From a virus (lineage: Duplodnaviria; Caudoviricetes), in IMG/VR virus record IMGVR_UViG_3300042997_002652, positions 64,001-128,000 of that record: 64,000 nucleotides of DNA; one strand, given 5' to 3'. Made by a program: the position numbers and the translations under genes. Below are positions 9,333 to 20,609 of the stretch, one piece after another; positions within the stretch are counted from its first letter, which is position 1, and each line of letters opens with the position of its first letter. The notes beneath the pieces were generated by a model. The model was not told the DNA's origin. It searched no databases and worked only from the letters and a program-made list of their open reading frames with translations.

Positions 9333-9667
9333 TTAGTACTTTTCCTTTCTTTTGCTTTAATTTGTTCTATTTCTATATCATCGTCAAGAGATTGTTCTAG
9401 TTCAATTTCATCTGGTGTTAGTTCAGGTGTAGGTTTATTAGCTTTTGGTTGGGGTTTTACTACGTTTGCTGACCTATTACCCACAGTTTTTTGATAATTA
9501 TTACTTACTTTTTTTGTAGCAGGTACTATTACGTTACCTTGAGCATCAATCGTGTCTCCACGAGCATTTACACTCATGTTACCTACGGCTCTTACCTTTT
9601 CATTTTTTGCGGTTAGTGAAGCCATGTCTATCGTCTTTCCCATTGCAGTTCTATACTTTGTCATCAT
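9329..9667 (-). CDS. Hypothetical protein
   Basis: ORF track; SD AGGAG. Confidence 0.6.
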   Translation of the reverse strand: MMTKYRTAMGKTIDMASLTAKNEKVRAVGNMSVNARGDTIDAQGNVIVPATKKVSNNYQKTVGNRSANVVKPQPKANKPTPELTPDEIELEQSLDDDIEIEQIKAKERKSTK

Positions 9668-9674
9668 TAGTCTC

Positions 9675-10181
9675 CTATTTTAAAAACTCATTAATTGATA
9701 TTTGATAGTATAAACTATTTATCCTATGTATCCCTATTAGATATAAAACAAAACTAGCAATACTACTACCTCTACCTACACCCCATACTATGTTATGTTT
9801 ACGCATAGTGTCTACTAAATATTTTAAGTATTGAAGAAGAATAAACATGTCTCGTTCTTGAAACATAATCAGTTCTTCTCCTGCGCGTTGTAATTCTTCA
9901 TCAGTTTTGCATTGCTCTAAAATCCATTTAGCAATATCAAAATTTTTATATTCTTCAGGCATGAACCATTCGGTTGATCTTATGTTGTCAAATTCTTCAA
10001 TAGTTTGGTCACTGGTTTGATATTCAAGAAGTTCTGGTAGTTTTTGTAAATCTAGTTCTGAATCAAAGTTAATTACTTCTTTTACAAGTAATGATTTTAA
10101 CTGCCGAGTAGGGTCAGTCATGTACAAATTACATATGTCTTTTTCGTTAAAGATGTGCTGACCGAAGTTATCAATAATCAT
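9675..10181 (-). CDS. dnaE: DNA polymerase III alpha (DnaE)-like N-terminal fragment
   Basis: EELQRAGEELIMF...LVDTMRKHNIVWGVGRGSSIASFVLYLIGIHRINSL...EFLK matches the DnaE segment RLxxEL...GPGRGSxAGSLVAYxLxITxxDP...FERFL. Confidence 0.85.
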   Translation of the reverse strand: MIIDNFGQHIFNEKDICNLYMTDPTRQLKSLLVKEVINFDSELDLQKLPELLEYQTSDQTIEEFDNIRSTEWFMPEEYKNFDIAKWILEQCKTDEELQRAGEELIMFQERDMFILLQYLKYLVDTMRKHNIVWGVGRGSSIASFVLYLIGIHRINSLYYQISINEFLK

Positions 10182-10187
10182 TGATTG

Positions 10188-10216
10188 ATGATATATTAAT
10201 TGTAAGTTTATGTCAA
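10188..10216 (-). promoter_or_regulatory. sigma70-type promoter, apparently leaderless
   Basis: TTGACA-17-TATCAT; ATG 6 nt downstream of the -10. Confidence 0.75.
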
Positions 10217-10225
10217 TGAAAAAGG

Positions 10226-10465
10226 TTAACTCTTACTACCTTTTTCAATGTTAATTTGAGCGTTAATGTTTTGCTTTTTGATCATTTCGTCCATTCTTTT
10301 ATTATATTCAGTCCGATAACTTTCTATAACCATATGTATTTGACTGATCAATGCTCCATTACCCGATCTGTATGCAAAATTTAATTTACCGTACAAATCG
10401 GATAACGTATTCTGGAGCTCTTCTAAATTTTTATCTGTAAGTGATACTATAAATGGATGTTCCAT
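10226..10465 (-). CDS. Hypothetical protein
   Basis: ORF track. Confidence 0.6.
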   Translation of the reverse strand: MEHPFIVSLTDKNLEELQNTLSDLYGKLNFAYRSGNGALISQIHMVIESYRTEYNKRMDEMIKKQNINAQINIEKGSKS

Positions 10466-10467
10466 AA

Positions 10468-11763
10468 TTAGAATGGATTCAACGTTGTTCTTCTAAAAAT
10501 ATCTGGTCCGTCGTATACCGTATAATCAATATCAACATTAGAACTAACTGTAGTAATATTAGTATATTCAGGTCCTGCTACACCGTTGTATCTAGTCTTA
10601 CTAATAGTTACATTACTACCTGACACTGAATTAATGTAATATACTGTATCTAGTTCTATGTTAGCAGTATTACCCGAAGCATTACCTGCGAAAATAATAG
10701 GATTATTTACTTCTAAGTTAGCTGTTGATCCACTTACAGTTATGATATTCGGAGAGGTGGTATTAGCTATATTTCTATTGAATGCATTTGCAGAGTAATT
10801 TGCTACAGCAACATACATATACTGTACGGCATTTAACAGCATTGCTGTTCCTGTAGCGTTAGCACCTATAGCAATATTTGATCCGCTTACGGTAGAAGAT
10901 ACAGTAAATCGTGTACTGTTTACTACGTTTCTAATATAATAAGTATTACCTACTACAACGTTTGCTTCTAAACTAGTTCCTGTAAAGGTTACTGATAATC
11001 CTGGATACAGAGTTGTTGTGCTTGACGTTGTAAAATAAGGATCAGTATTTGCACCAGTAACAACTAACTGACTTGTACCGGTATCAATACAAACAGTACC
11101 TACTTTGTCACCTTGTTGGCCGGTACTTGGAGGAGTTCTTTTTATAATTTGAGTAGACTGGTAGGGTCTATTCATAGGTTCTATAGTAATAGTATTACCG
11201 CAATCTAATGTTCTTAGTTTAAATTCTAACTGCTCAACATCGTACGGCGCTGTAATTGTAATTACGTTTGCTATGTTTGCATAGTTTTCTAAAATAGTTC
11301 CACCAAAATTATTATTTGATGCTACTACTTGACTAGGAAATGTTATAACTGCACTACTATTACTAATGCCTAAACGCAAAGTAATAGCACTTTCTGTGTT
11401 AGTGGGAGCCCAAGAACCAAACTGTAATGTTACATTTCCTGCTACATTACCATATTGTACATCTGCTTGTGCTACGTTAACTAAAACAGTGCCTGATAAC
11501 GCATTACCTAAATTATAAGTAGTAGCTCTAAACGATCTAGTAGAAGCATTGCTAATAAGAGTATTAGCCATGTCGTTGTTAATTGTAGAACCATTCAACG
11601 CAGCTTTAAGAACTACTTTATTCTGAAGATCAGTTATTTCTGTTCCGGCAGTATTTAAATTCGTTTTGATAGATGCAAAGTTATCTCTAAAACCTTGAGT
11701 AGAATTATTCTCTCCCGGTATAGGATAGTTTACATTTATTCCATTGGTATTAATTGTGCTCAT
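10468..11763 (-). CDS. Baseplate/tail-associated structural protein
   Basis: T/N/S-rich beta protein next to the wedge gene; two copies of a GxxxxFxG...GxTYYI...FTVS module; late promoter. Confidence 0.65.
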   Translation of the reverse strand: MSTINTNGINVNYPIPGENNSTQGFRDNFASIKTNLNTAGTEITDLQNKVVLKAALNGSTINNDMANTLISNASTRSFRATTYNLGNALSGTVLVNVAQADVQYGNVAGNVTLQFGSWAPTNTESAITLRLGISNSSAVITFPSQVVASNNNFGGTILENYANIANVITITAPYDVEQLEFKLRTLDCGNTITIEPMNRPYQSTQIIKRTPPSTGQQGDKVGTVCIDTGTSQLVVTGANTDPYFTTSSTTTLYPGLSVTFTGTSLEANVVVGNTYYIRNVVNSTRFTVSSTVSGSNIAIGANATGTAMLLNAVQYMYVAVANYSANAFNRNIANTTSPNIITVSGSTANLEVNNPIIFAGNASGNTANIELDTVYYINSVSGSNVTISKTRYNGVAGPEYTNITTVSSNVDIDYTVYDGPDIFRRTTLNPF

Positions 11764-11793
11764 TCTTAATTCCTAATTTCATTTATACAGTAT

Positions 11794-14412
11794 TTAGTAC
11801 TGAGTTTCATCGGGTAAAATAGTTTTTCTAGGAAATAGTGTATAAAAATCATTACTATTCACTGGATTTGGTACTGGAGTCGCACTTGGTAATCCAATCC
11901 ACGTAGCCGGACTTAAATTATTATCATAGTTATATGTCAAACTCTTATCTACAGTAAATCTATCTATCTTAAAGTTAATTTCGTTAAGTTGAAATTTATA
12001 ATTTGTTACAGGATCTTGCCAATTATTTTCTATTTGATACTTGATATACTCACCGTAAGTTACAGTTTGACCATTTAATGTTGTTGTTCCTGGCTTACAA
12101 TAAGCAATAACCCAAGCTGGTGTAAATCCTAATGTGCTACCATTCGCTTGTTGTGAAGTCATCCATCTTGGATACAGTCTAAAATTATATTCTTGCCCTA
12201 ATTCTTCCCCCACTTGTTCTCTCATATTAGGTAAACTGTTAGGATATAAAACGGTTGCATATCCGGGAGTTAAACTAGTATAAAAACCGGGCTGACCTGA
12301 TTCAGTTTCTAAAATGAACAAATCCTCAGAGGTAATATATTCATTATTTTGTGTTAGCCAAGACTGTCCCTCAACTGGTGCATTTATGTAACTAGTATAA
12401 ATATCAGTAACACTTGTATACCATGGACCTAAGTTTAAATCTATAAGTCTAGGCCAAACTATTTCTTTACTGACACTAACACCTTCAGGGTTTATCAAGT
12501 TATCAATTACTGAACTATATACAACTTCATATATAACTTCGCCTGCATCATTCTTTGCTACTGCGGTATTTAATTCACCTAATGTAATATTTCTCCAATA
12601 ATGATTTTTAGTAACCGCAGCTACATATGCGTCTAAATCATTAGCATATATTCCATAAGCATGAGCATATATAACACTAGTTGCTTTACCAAAATTTAAA
12701 TCTGTTGGTCTATATAAATAACTGTCAGGTATTAGTGTAGTATCATTCAATAAAGTTCTTAGTAAATTTCTATCTTGTATACTTGGTGTACACTTAATGT
12801 ATAGTGTGTCAGTTGGCTGTGTATATTGCTGCACCACTGATAAAGTAAAAGTTCGTGTAGAGTTAACAACCGTTGAATATAGAGGAGAAAACGCTTCTAT
12901 CTCAAATGTAAAGTCAGTAATAGCGCCTGCTGGTAATAATGTATCTGTAGGTTGATATGCTACTGTACCAGTAATTTCTCCGTTAGACAACAAAACCAAA
13001 TTAGGTGGAAGAGTTCCGCTTACTAATCTGTATTCTAAGTTTACATCTGATTCTGCCACTACACTTAAAACACTAACTGTACTATTTTCTATTTGCCCTA
13101 AATCAGAAGGAGTTATCCAGAATATATCACCTATCAAATTGTTAACTAGTCTATATGAAAAGTTATAAGAAGGAGTAGTGATAGCTGGGTTACCAGCTTT
13201 AGCTACCGCTACACTAAATGAAAATTCACTTATAGAATTATTAGCTATTACGGGATTGCCTGTGATCCAGCCAGTAGCACTATTTGCTGTTAGTCCTGAT
13301 GGTAAGTCTGCAAATGTATAAGTTAATACATTGCTATCAAAGTCATGACCTATTACCTTAAACGAAAATATATTATCACTGGTAATACTACCTATATAAG
13401 CATCTTCTGTAGGAAGATAGGTATTACCTTGTTCGTTTGGTGGTAATACATAGTAACCATAGTAAGGGGTAGATTCATTTATATTAAATGTAGGGGGTCT
13501 AGTGTTGTATATAGTAGGCTCTCTGGAATTCGCAGGTTTAGGTCCACCTTCTGCTTCGGGAGCATTTTGATTCACTACGGTAATGTTATAGGATTCTATG
13601 TCACTGCCTAATAAGCTTTCTAGTTTTACAGTAAATGAATATGTGCGTGTAGTAGGTTGTCCTATTGATATGTTAGGTAGGCTAGCAGTCATGTATCCTA
13701 CGTCATTACTTAATACAACGGTTGATCCTCCAACAATATTTGATATAGTAAAAGAAGATTCATCAAAAGTTTTAATGTAATAAGTTTGCGATGCTACTAT
13801 ACCGCCAAACGGTGTACCTGAAAATATTATAGGTCTTCCTATTCTAAACCCAGTAGTACTTAAACAAGTTATAATATTTGAATTTGTAGAAGTTATAGAT
13901 GTATTTACCGCACCCAAGTTAACATTATTAATTGGTGGCTCAGCATAACCTCGTATCAGTCCGTTAGTGTTTATTTCTAAACCTGGCGGTAGTTGTCCTT
14001 GTATTATTCTGATAGCAACTAAATTGTTACTTAATGGATTACTATATTCAATAGGTAATTGTACCCATGTACTGTCTGGAGTATTTAATATACTACCAGT
14101 AGGGGTAGTAAATTCAGGAGATGCTACTCCTGAAATTATCATAGAAAATGTTCTGTCTCTTATGTTTCCTAAATTGTCTGTAACTCTAACCACAAATGTA
14201 TAAGTCGTATCGCTAATAACTATTATAGGAGTTCCTGATATTAAACCAATATTGGATAAACTCAAACCCTCAGGTAATGATCCGCTTATCAATGTATAAG
14301 TTACGGTTGCAGCAGGTGCTACCGGCTGAGCCAGTAACTGCACAGATAATAATACTAGTGCTGGATATGATCCTATACTGCCTGCAGGTGTAGTCCAATT
14401 TGGTTGAGACAT
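11794..14412 (-). CDS. Baseplate wedge protein (gp7-like) with Ig-like repeats
   Basis: Repeated YxLxSGxLPxGLxLxxxGxIxG Ig-type units; C-terminal GFTPAWVIAYCKPG...FxIDRF. Confidence 0.7.
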   Translation of the reverse strand: MSQPNWTTPAGSIGSYPALVLLSVQLLAQPVAPAATVTYTLISGSLPEGLSLSNIGLISGTPIIVISDTTYTFVVRVTDNLGNIRDRTFSMIISGVASPEFTTPTGSILNTPDSTWVQLPIEYSNPLSNNLVAIRIIQGQLPPGLEINTNGLIRGYAEPPINNVNLGAVNTSITSTNSNIITCLSTTGFRIGRPIIFSGTPFGGIVASQTYYIKTFDESSFTISNIVGGSTVVLSNDVGYMTASLPNISIGQPTTRTYSFTVKLESLLGSDIESYNITVVNQNAPEAEGGPKPANSREPTIYNTRPPTFNINESTPYYGYYVLPPNEQGNTYLPTEDAYIGSITSDNIFSFKVIGHDFDSNVLTYTFADLPSGLTANSATGWITGNPVIANNSISEFSFSVAVAKAGNPAITTPSYNFSYRLVNNLIGDIFWITPSDLGQIENSTVSVLSVVAESDVNLEYRLVSGTLPPNLVLLSNGEITGTVAYQPTDTLLPAGAITDFTFEIEAFSPLYSTVVNSTRTFTLSVVQQYTQPTDTLYIKCTPSIQDRNLLRTLLNDTTLIPDSYLYRPTDLNFGKATSVIYAHAYGIYANDLDAYVAAVTKNHYWRNITLGELNTAVAKNDAGEVIYEVVYSSVIDNLINPEGVSVSKEIVWPRLIDLNLGPWYTSVTDIYTSYINAPVEGQSWLTQNNEYITSEDLFILETESGQPGFYTSLTPGYATVLYPNSLPNMREQVGEELGQEYNFRLYPRWMTSQQANGSTLGFTPAWVIAYCKPGTTTLNGQTVTYGEYIKYQIENNWQDPVTNYKFQLNEINFKIDRFTVDKSLTYNYDNNLSPATWIGLPSATPVPNPVNSNDFYTLFPRKTILPDETQY

Positions 14413-14413
14413 A

Positions 14414-15034
14414 TTATCCTTTTAATGCTTTTAATGCTAACTCGTAGTGATGCTTTCTATCTTCTAACCCGTTTGTTCCACCATTGATTCTTTTTGTTAG
14501 TGTAACAAAATCGTCTTTATCACATAAATCATTTAATTTATTCTTATCCCAAAACCAAGCAGCACTAGCTACAGCACCTTCTGCGGTTTCTAGATAACTA
14601 ACTGCTTCTGTTATTGGCTTTTTTATAGATTCAGCAAACTTAGTATAATTTTCTTTACCAGTTAACTGAATTAAACCGCGACCTCTGTAAGTCCAACCGT
14701 CTCCTGATTTTTCATCACCATTTCCCATTCTGCTTGCGTATACTTTGTTAGCGATTTGTTCTGGCTTTCTTTCATGTACTAATGCGTCTTTTTCTGTTGA
14801 ATAATACTTTTTAAATACTGATTGTAATGCTTTAGCATTATAATTTAAGTTTTCTTTAGTAAAATTAAAACCACCTGACTCGTGTGCAACTTGCGCTAAA
14901 AATGCGGCTGTTCTTTTATGGTTATCTAAAATACCATATTTTTTACACACAGCATTGAGTGGGGCAACGTATGTTTCTAAAACTTCTTTTTTAGTTTTAG
15001 GAGCTATTTGTTGTAGTAAAGATAATGTAATCAT
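14414..15034 (-). CDS. GH19 (chitinase-like) lysozyme/endolysin
   Basis: AAFLAQVAHESGGF, ENLNY, YRGRGLIQLTGKENY, SAAWFW, TKRINGG. Confidence 0.92.
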   Translation of the reverse strand: MITLSLLQQIAPKTKKEVLETYVAPLNAVCKKYGILDNHKRTAAFLAQVAHESGGFNFTKENLNYNAKALQSVFKKYYSTEKDALVHERKPEQIANKVYASRMGNGDEKSGDGWTYRGRGLIQLTGKENYTKFAESIKKPITEAVSYLETAEGAVASAAWFWDKNKLNDLCDKDDFVTLTKRINGGTNGLEDRKHHYELALKALKG

Positions 15035-15045
15035 TTATATTTCCT

Positions 15046-16836
<1,791 letters not shown>

Positions 16837-16888
16837 AAGTATATCCTCTATAATATATTACTGTATTTATCATTGTTACAAACAAAAA

Positions 16889-16910
16889 AATACCCGGCGA
16901 ACCGGGTATT
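16889..16910 (-). terminator. Intrinsic terminator
   Basis: aatacccgg-cgaa-ccgggtatt followed by a U-run on the minus strand. Confidence 0.85.
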
Positions 16911-16943
16911 AAAGAAACGTTCAGTTGAGCATTATTATTATTA

Positions 16944-19900
16944 TTATCTTATTCCGCTTAGTTTCTTCCAATCATCAAGCAAACTAGACTCTGCTACTTT
17001 AACTTTAGTATGCGGTAAAGTAGTTTGATCTTGTTTTTGTCCGTTCAATCCACCTGAAATAACTCTAGTCATAAACTCAATGTCTTGTTCAAACGTATTG
17101 TCTTTTATGTTTTCAGAACCTTGATATCCAGCGTCATTAGCCCACTCAGTTAATTCTTCTTCGCTTTCGTCAATTTCTTCTTCGTTGTCAGACATTGCAC
17201 CAGCTAGTGCTTGATCTTCTTTAGCTTCTGCGTTTTCGTCAGCAGTAGTTTCAGCTTCACCGGAATCAGGAGCATTTGCTTCGGATACTTCAAACTCCAT
17301 TTGATCTTCAGTTTCATCTTCGTCTGTTCTTTTTCCAAATTTTCCATAAGAATCATCTCTACGATCTTTCATAGATTGTTCTTTACCAGATTCTTTACCT
17401 GTACGCATTCCCAATGATTCATCTTCTTTGTCATCGTAGCCTTGTTCTTCACCAACTACCAATGCTTTACTGTCTGAATCATTGCATCCACAATCACCTG
17501 ATCCACATACGTCACATGATGCATCTTGAGATTCTTCATCCTCGTAATCATTGCCTGCTACTTTCTGCATCAGTGCCATCATGCCATCATGATCTCCAGT
17601 ATCTACATTTGAGTCAGGATATACACTTTGCGATCCTGCATCAGATTGTACCGGAGCACCATATGCGCTAGTTCGCGCAGTGTCTTCACCGCCGAACAAT
17701 CCTAAGCCAGCTTGCTTAATCAGACTTAGTAACTGATCGGCTTCACTATCTTGTGCTGAAATAGTAACAGAGTCAGGTGATCCTTGTTGTCCTTTAGAAA
17801 CGGAAACAGTCATACCTTCTTTTACTGGTTTTTTGTCAGTAGAACCAGACAAGTCTTTTTTCATGTCAGCTTTTGATTTACCATACTTTTCTTTAAACTT
17901 AGTATCAGTCATGTGTGTCATGTCAATATCAATGTCTTTAATTTTGCCTTCATTAACTTCTTTGCTCGTACTAGTTTCAATACTAATATCTTCTGCCCTA
18001 TCTCGTAGATTTTCTCCCTTTATCCAATCCTGAGCTTCTTTTTTACTCGCGAATCCTTTCTCTATTTTATACGTGTCTCGGTTGTTAGGTAAATAACGAA
18101 CTTGGAATTTAGGTGTTACTGCTTCATTCAATAAAGCATTTAGTTCACGATCCCATGACTCAAACGCCATCATATCGTCATCACTCACATCATCAAATCC
18201 ACCAAACGCAAACTCACTACCGCCTCTTGGTGAAGGAGTATCCATCATAGAATCTTGTGATACCATACCAGGCATCATACCGATATCTTGTTGCATTCCC
18301 ATGCCGCCTGATCCATAGCATTCGTCTAAACCAGATTTGTATCCATCAAGATAAGCTTGTGCTTCTTGTGAACCTTCTTCATACTTACAACTGAAAGTAT
18401 CATTTGCCATAGCATGTGCTTTACCAAGTAATCTTGCTGACTCGGTTGGATTTGTGCCTTCTTTAACTGTTTTCTTTTTCGCAACAGCTTTTTGTAAACC
18501 AGCCGGTAACTTTTTCTGCGCGGCGGTTAACCCTGCACTGCTCTTTTTATCAGTAGAACCTGTTTTCTTGTCCGCCGCAGCTTTTTTCATTGGTTCTTTT
18601 TTGTCACCATCTTTATCTAAGTCTAAAAAGTCTGGCTTAGCTTTAGCTTCATTTGTCTTTTTCATTGTTGATACCTTTTGTTTGTCGGCTGCTGCCTTTT
18701 TCATTGATTCTTTCTTGTTGCCATCTTTGTCTAAGTCTAGAAAATCTGGCTTGGCTTTTTTAGCTTCTAAAGTCTTGCTGTTTCTTCCAGCGCCTAATCC
18801 TGCACCAAAGTCGCTGTCATTGGTTGGCATAGCTGCTTCATCAGTTTTATTCTTTTCAGGTTTAGGACAATCTGCACAAGCATACTTAGCATTCGCACCT
18901 TCCCCTTTCTTGAATAAGGGTTTGTTGTGTTGAGTACATAATGCAGGAGTTGTTTTTTTTGTCTTTATATCTTTCCACATTAAAGGAGAACCCTTTTCTT
19001 CGTTAGTTTTTTCTTTTTTGTCAGGTAAGCCTTTGTGTTTAGTTTTCGCAAACTTTTCTAACTCTTTAGCGGGCATTTTTGCCATTTCTTTTGATGCACC
19101 TTTTAGTGTGCTTTTTGGAGCATCACCGCGCTTAGCTGCTAATGCTGCACCAGCTGCTTGTTGCTGTGACTTACTTTTTGCTTTTTCGGTTAGCTTGGCT
19201 TCATTAAGATTATCTACATATTCAGTTTCTCTAACATCAACTATAACTGTTTTACCAGCATTTCTTCCAGTTAATTCTAATTCCACTTCAAGATAAGTTG
19301 GGTGTAATTCACTAATTTTACCTATTACAGTTTTACCGTTATAGTTAGCTTTTACTACATCACCAAGATGAAGACCGTGTAATTCTGTAGCATATTGATC
19401 ACTGCCGTCATCATGATCGTAATCATCACCGTCATAATCATCATCAACTTCATTTAATTCATCACCAGCTAAACTCATTTCACCTTTACCAATGCTTTGC
19501 TTAATTTGATTAGCTAGATTAGGATTAGTAACTGTACCAAGAGTTTTATTACCTTGCTTGATTACTTGAGTGTTTTGTTGAGCTGGTTGAATAGTAACTT
19601 GTTCAGCTTCAGCAAGTAAAGCGTTAAACATACTTTTTAAAGATGGCTTCGTGTTTTCTTCTAAACTTGCAGCAGAAATGGGTTTATCAGCCACATAAGC
19701 ATCAATACCAGCAGTTGATTTCAACTTCCATTTATCAGCAGCTTTTTTAACAGCTTCATAACTAGAGTTAGCCTTAACTTCATACTTGCCTTTTTTAGCA
19801 TGAACACATACATACGGGCGTTCAGCACTTTCGTTTAGAACTCTTTTACCAGTAGTAGTAACTTTCTCTTCTTTAGTAGTGCCTTGAAGTTCAGTCATTT

Positions 19901-19952
19901 TGTTTAATAAATCTTTCATACTCATAATAGATTCCTTATCTTCCGGCGCCAA
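16944..19952 (-). CDS. Large modular prohead-core/internal head polyprotein
   Basis: Charged, low-complexity protein with many (L/T/V)xE|(A/G/S) motifs; embedded DUF3008-like, SH3-like, Zn-ribbon and DxDxDG repeat modules; ends LLDDWKKLSGIR. Confidence 0.65.
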   Translation of the reverse strand: MAPEDKESIMSMKDLLNKMTELQGTTKEEKVTTTGKRVLNESAERPYVCVHAKKGKYEVKANSSYEAVKKAADKWKLKSTAGIDAYVADKPISAASLEENTKPSLKSMFNALLAEAEQVTIQPAQQNTQVIKQGNKTLGTVTNPNLANQIKQSIGKGEMSLAGDELNEVDDDYDGDDYDHDDGSDQYATELHGLHLGDVVKANYNGKTVIGKISELHPTYLEVELELTGRNAGKTVIVDVRETEYVDNLNEAKLTEKAKSKSQQQAAGAALAAKRGDAPKSTLKGASKEMAKMPAKELEKFAKTKHKGLPDKKEKTNEEKGSPLMWKDIKTKKTTPALCTQHNKPLFKKGEGANAKYACADCPKPEKNKTDEAAMPTNDSDFGAGLGAGRNSKTLEAKKAKPDFLDLDKDGNKKESMKKAAADKQKVSTMKKTNEAKAKPDFLDLDKDGDKKEPMKKAAADKKTGSTDKKSSAGLTAAQKKLPAGLQKAVAKKKTVKEGTNPTESARLLGKAHAMANDTFSCKYEEGSQEAQAYLDGYKSGLDECYGSGGMGMQQDIGMMPGMVSQDSMMDTPSPRGGSEFAFGGFDDVSDDDMMAFESWDRELNALLNEAVTPKFQVRYLPNNRDTYKIEKGFASKKEAQDWIKGENLRDRAEDISIETSTSKEVNEGKIKDIDIDMTHMTDTKFKEKYGKSKADMKKDLSGSTDKKPVKEGMTVSVSKGQQGSPDSVTISAQDSEADQLLSLIKQAGLGLFGGEDTARTSAYGAPVQSDAGSQSVYPDSNVDTGDHDGMMALMQKVAGNDYEDEESQDASCDVCGSGDCGCNDSDSKALVVGEEQGYDDKEDESLGMRTGKESGKEQSMKDRRDDSYGKFGKRTDEDETEDQMEFEVSEANAPDSGEAETTADENAEAKEDQALAGAMSDNEEEIDESEEELTEWANDAGYQGSENIKDNTFEQDIEFMTRVISGGLNGQKQDQTTLPHTKVKVAESSLLDDWKKLSGIR

Positions 19953-20556
19953 TCTTGGGCTTAGCTGGTCTGTTGATAGTACTCATTGGACTTTTATCGC
20001 CCATTGATTTCATATACTCTTCTGGCTTAAATGGATCAAACGCTTGTTTAGTTTTTTCACCAGCATACGGGCTTTCAATTTTATGATCTTTCATAGACTT
20101 TTCAATTTCATCTAAGTAAGAATTACCATATGCTTTTGCTGCTGCTTTAGCAGACTTATCATCGGGATAATCGTTAGTTAATACTGGTGACTTTTCCATT
20201 TGATTTTCATACTGTTCTGCTTCATGATCAATGCTGTCATCAAACGCAGTAGAAACTAATCGCACTCTGTTTTCATCTATGTTTATTAATCTAGCCATTT
20301 GTCTAACCATTGGCTCAGTTGCAGGATATCTAAACTTTGCTTTAATGATATTTACAGACTGATTTGTAACACCAGGAAATCCATATGGTGATTTTTGAAT
20401 AGGTGTAGAAGTTGGTCCAGTAATTTCTATTGGATCAAATTTATTCAAGTTGTACTTGAACAGGTCCATCTGTTTAGCATCTATATCGCCTACAATTTTA
20501 ATAGTGTAGTCGTAACTGTGTACAGATTCTACCAAATAATGTTTGAAGCTTCGCAT
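19936..20556 (-). CDS. Hypothetical late protein, probably head-associated
   Basis: MRSFKHYLVE|S N-terminus typical of T4-like internal proteins; late promoter at 20587-20593. Confidence 0.6.
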   Translation of the reverse strand: MRSFKHYLVESVHSYDYTIKIVGDIDAKQMDLFKYNLNKFDPIEITGPTSTPIQKSPYGFPGVTNQSVNIIKAKFRYPATEPMVRQMARLINIDENRVRLVSTAFDDSIDHEAEQYENQMEKSPVLTNDYPDDKSAKAAAKAYGNSYLDEIEKSMKDHKIESPYAGEKTKQAFDPFKPEEYMKSMGDKSPMSTINRPAKPKIGAGR

Positions 20557-20609
20557 GGTTAATCCTTAAATATGTATAATATCTATTATTTATCTTTATC
20601 TTTTAAAAT

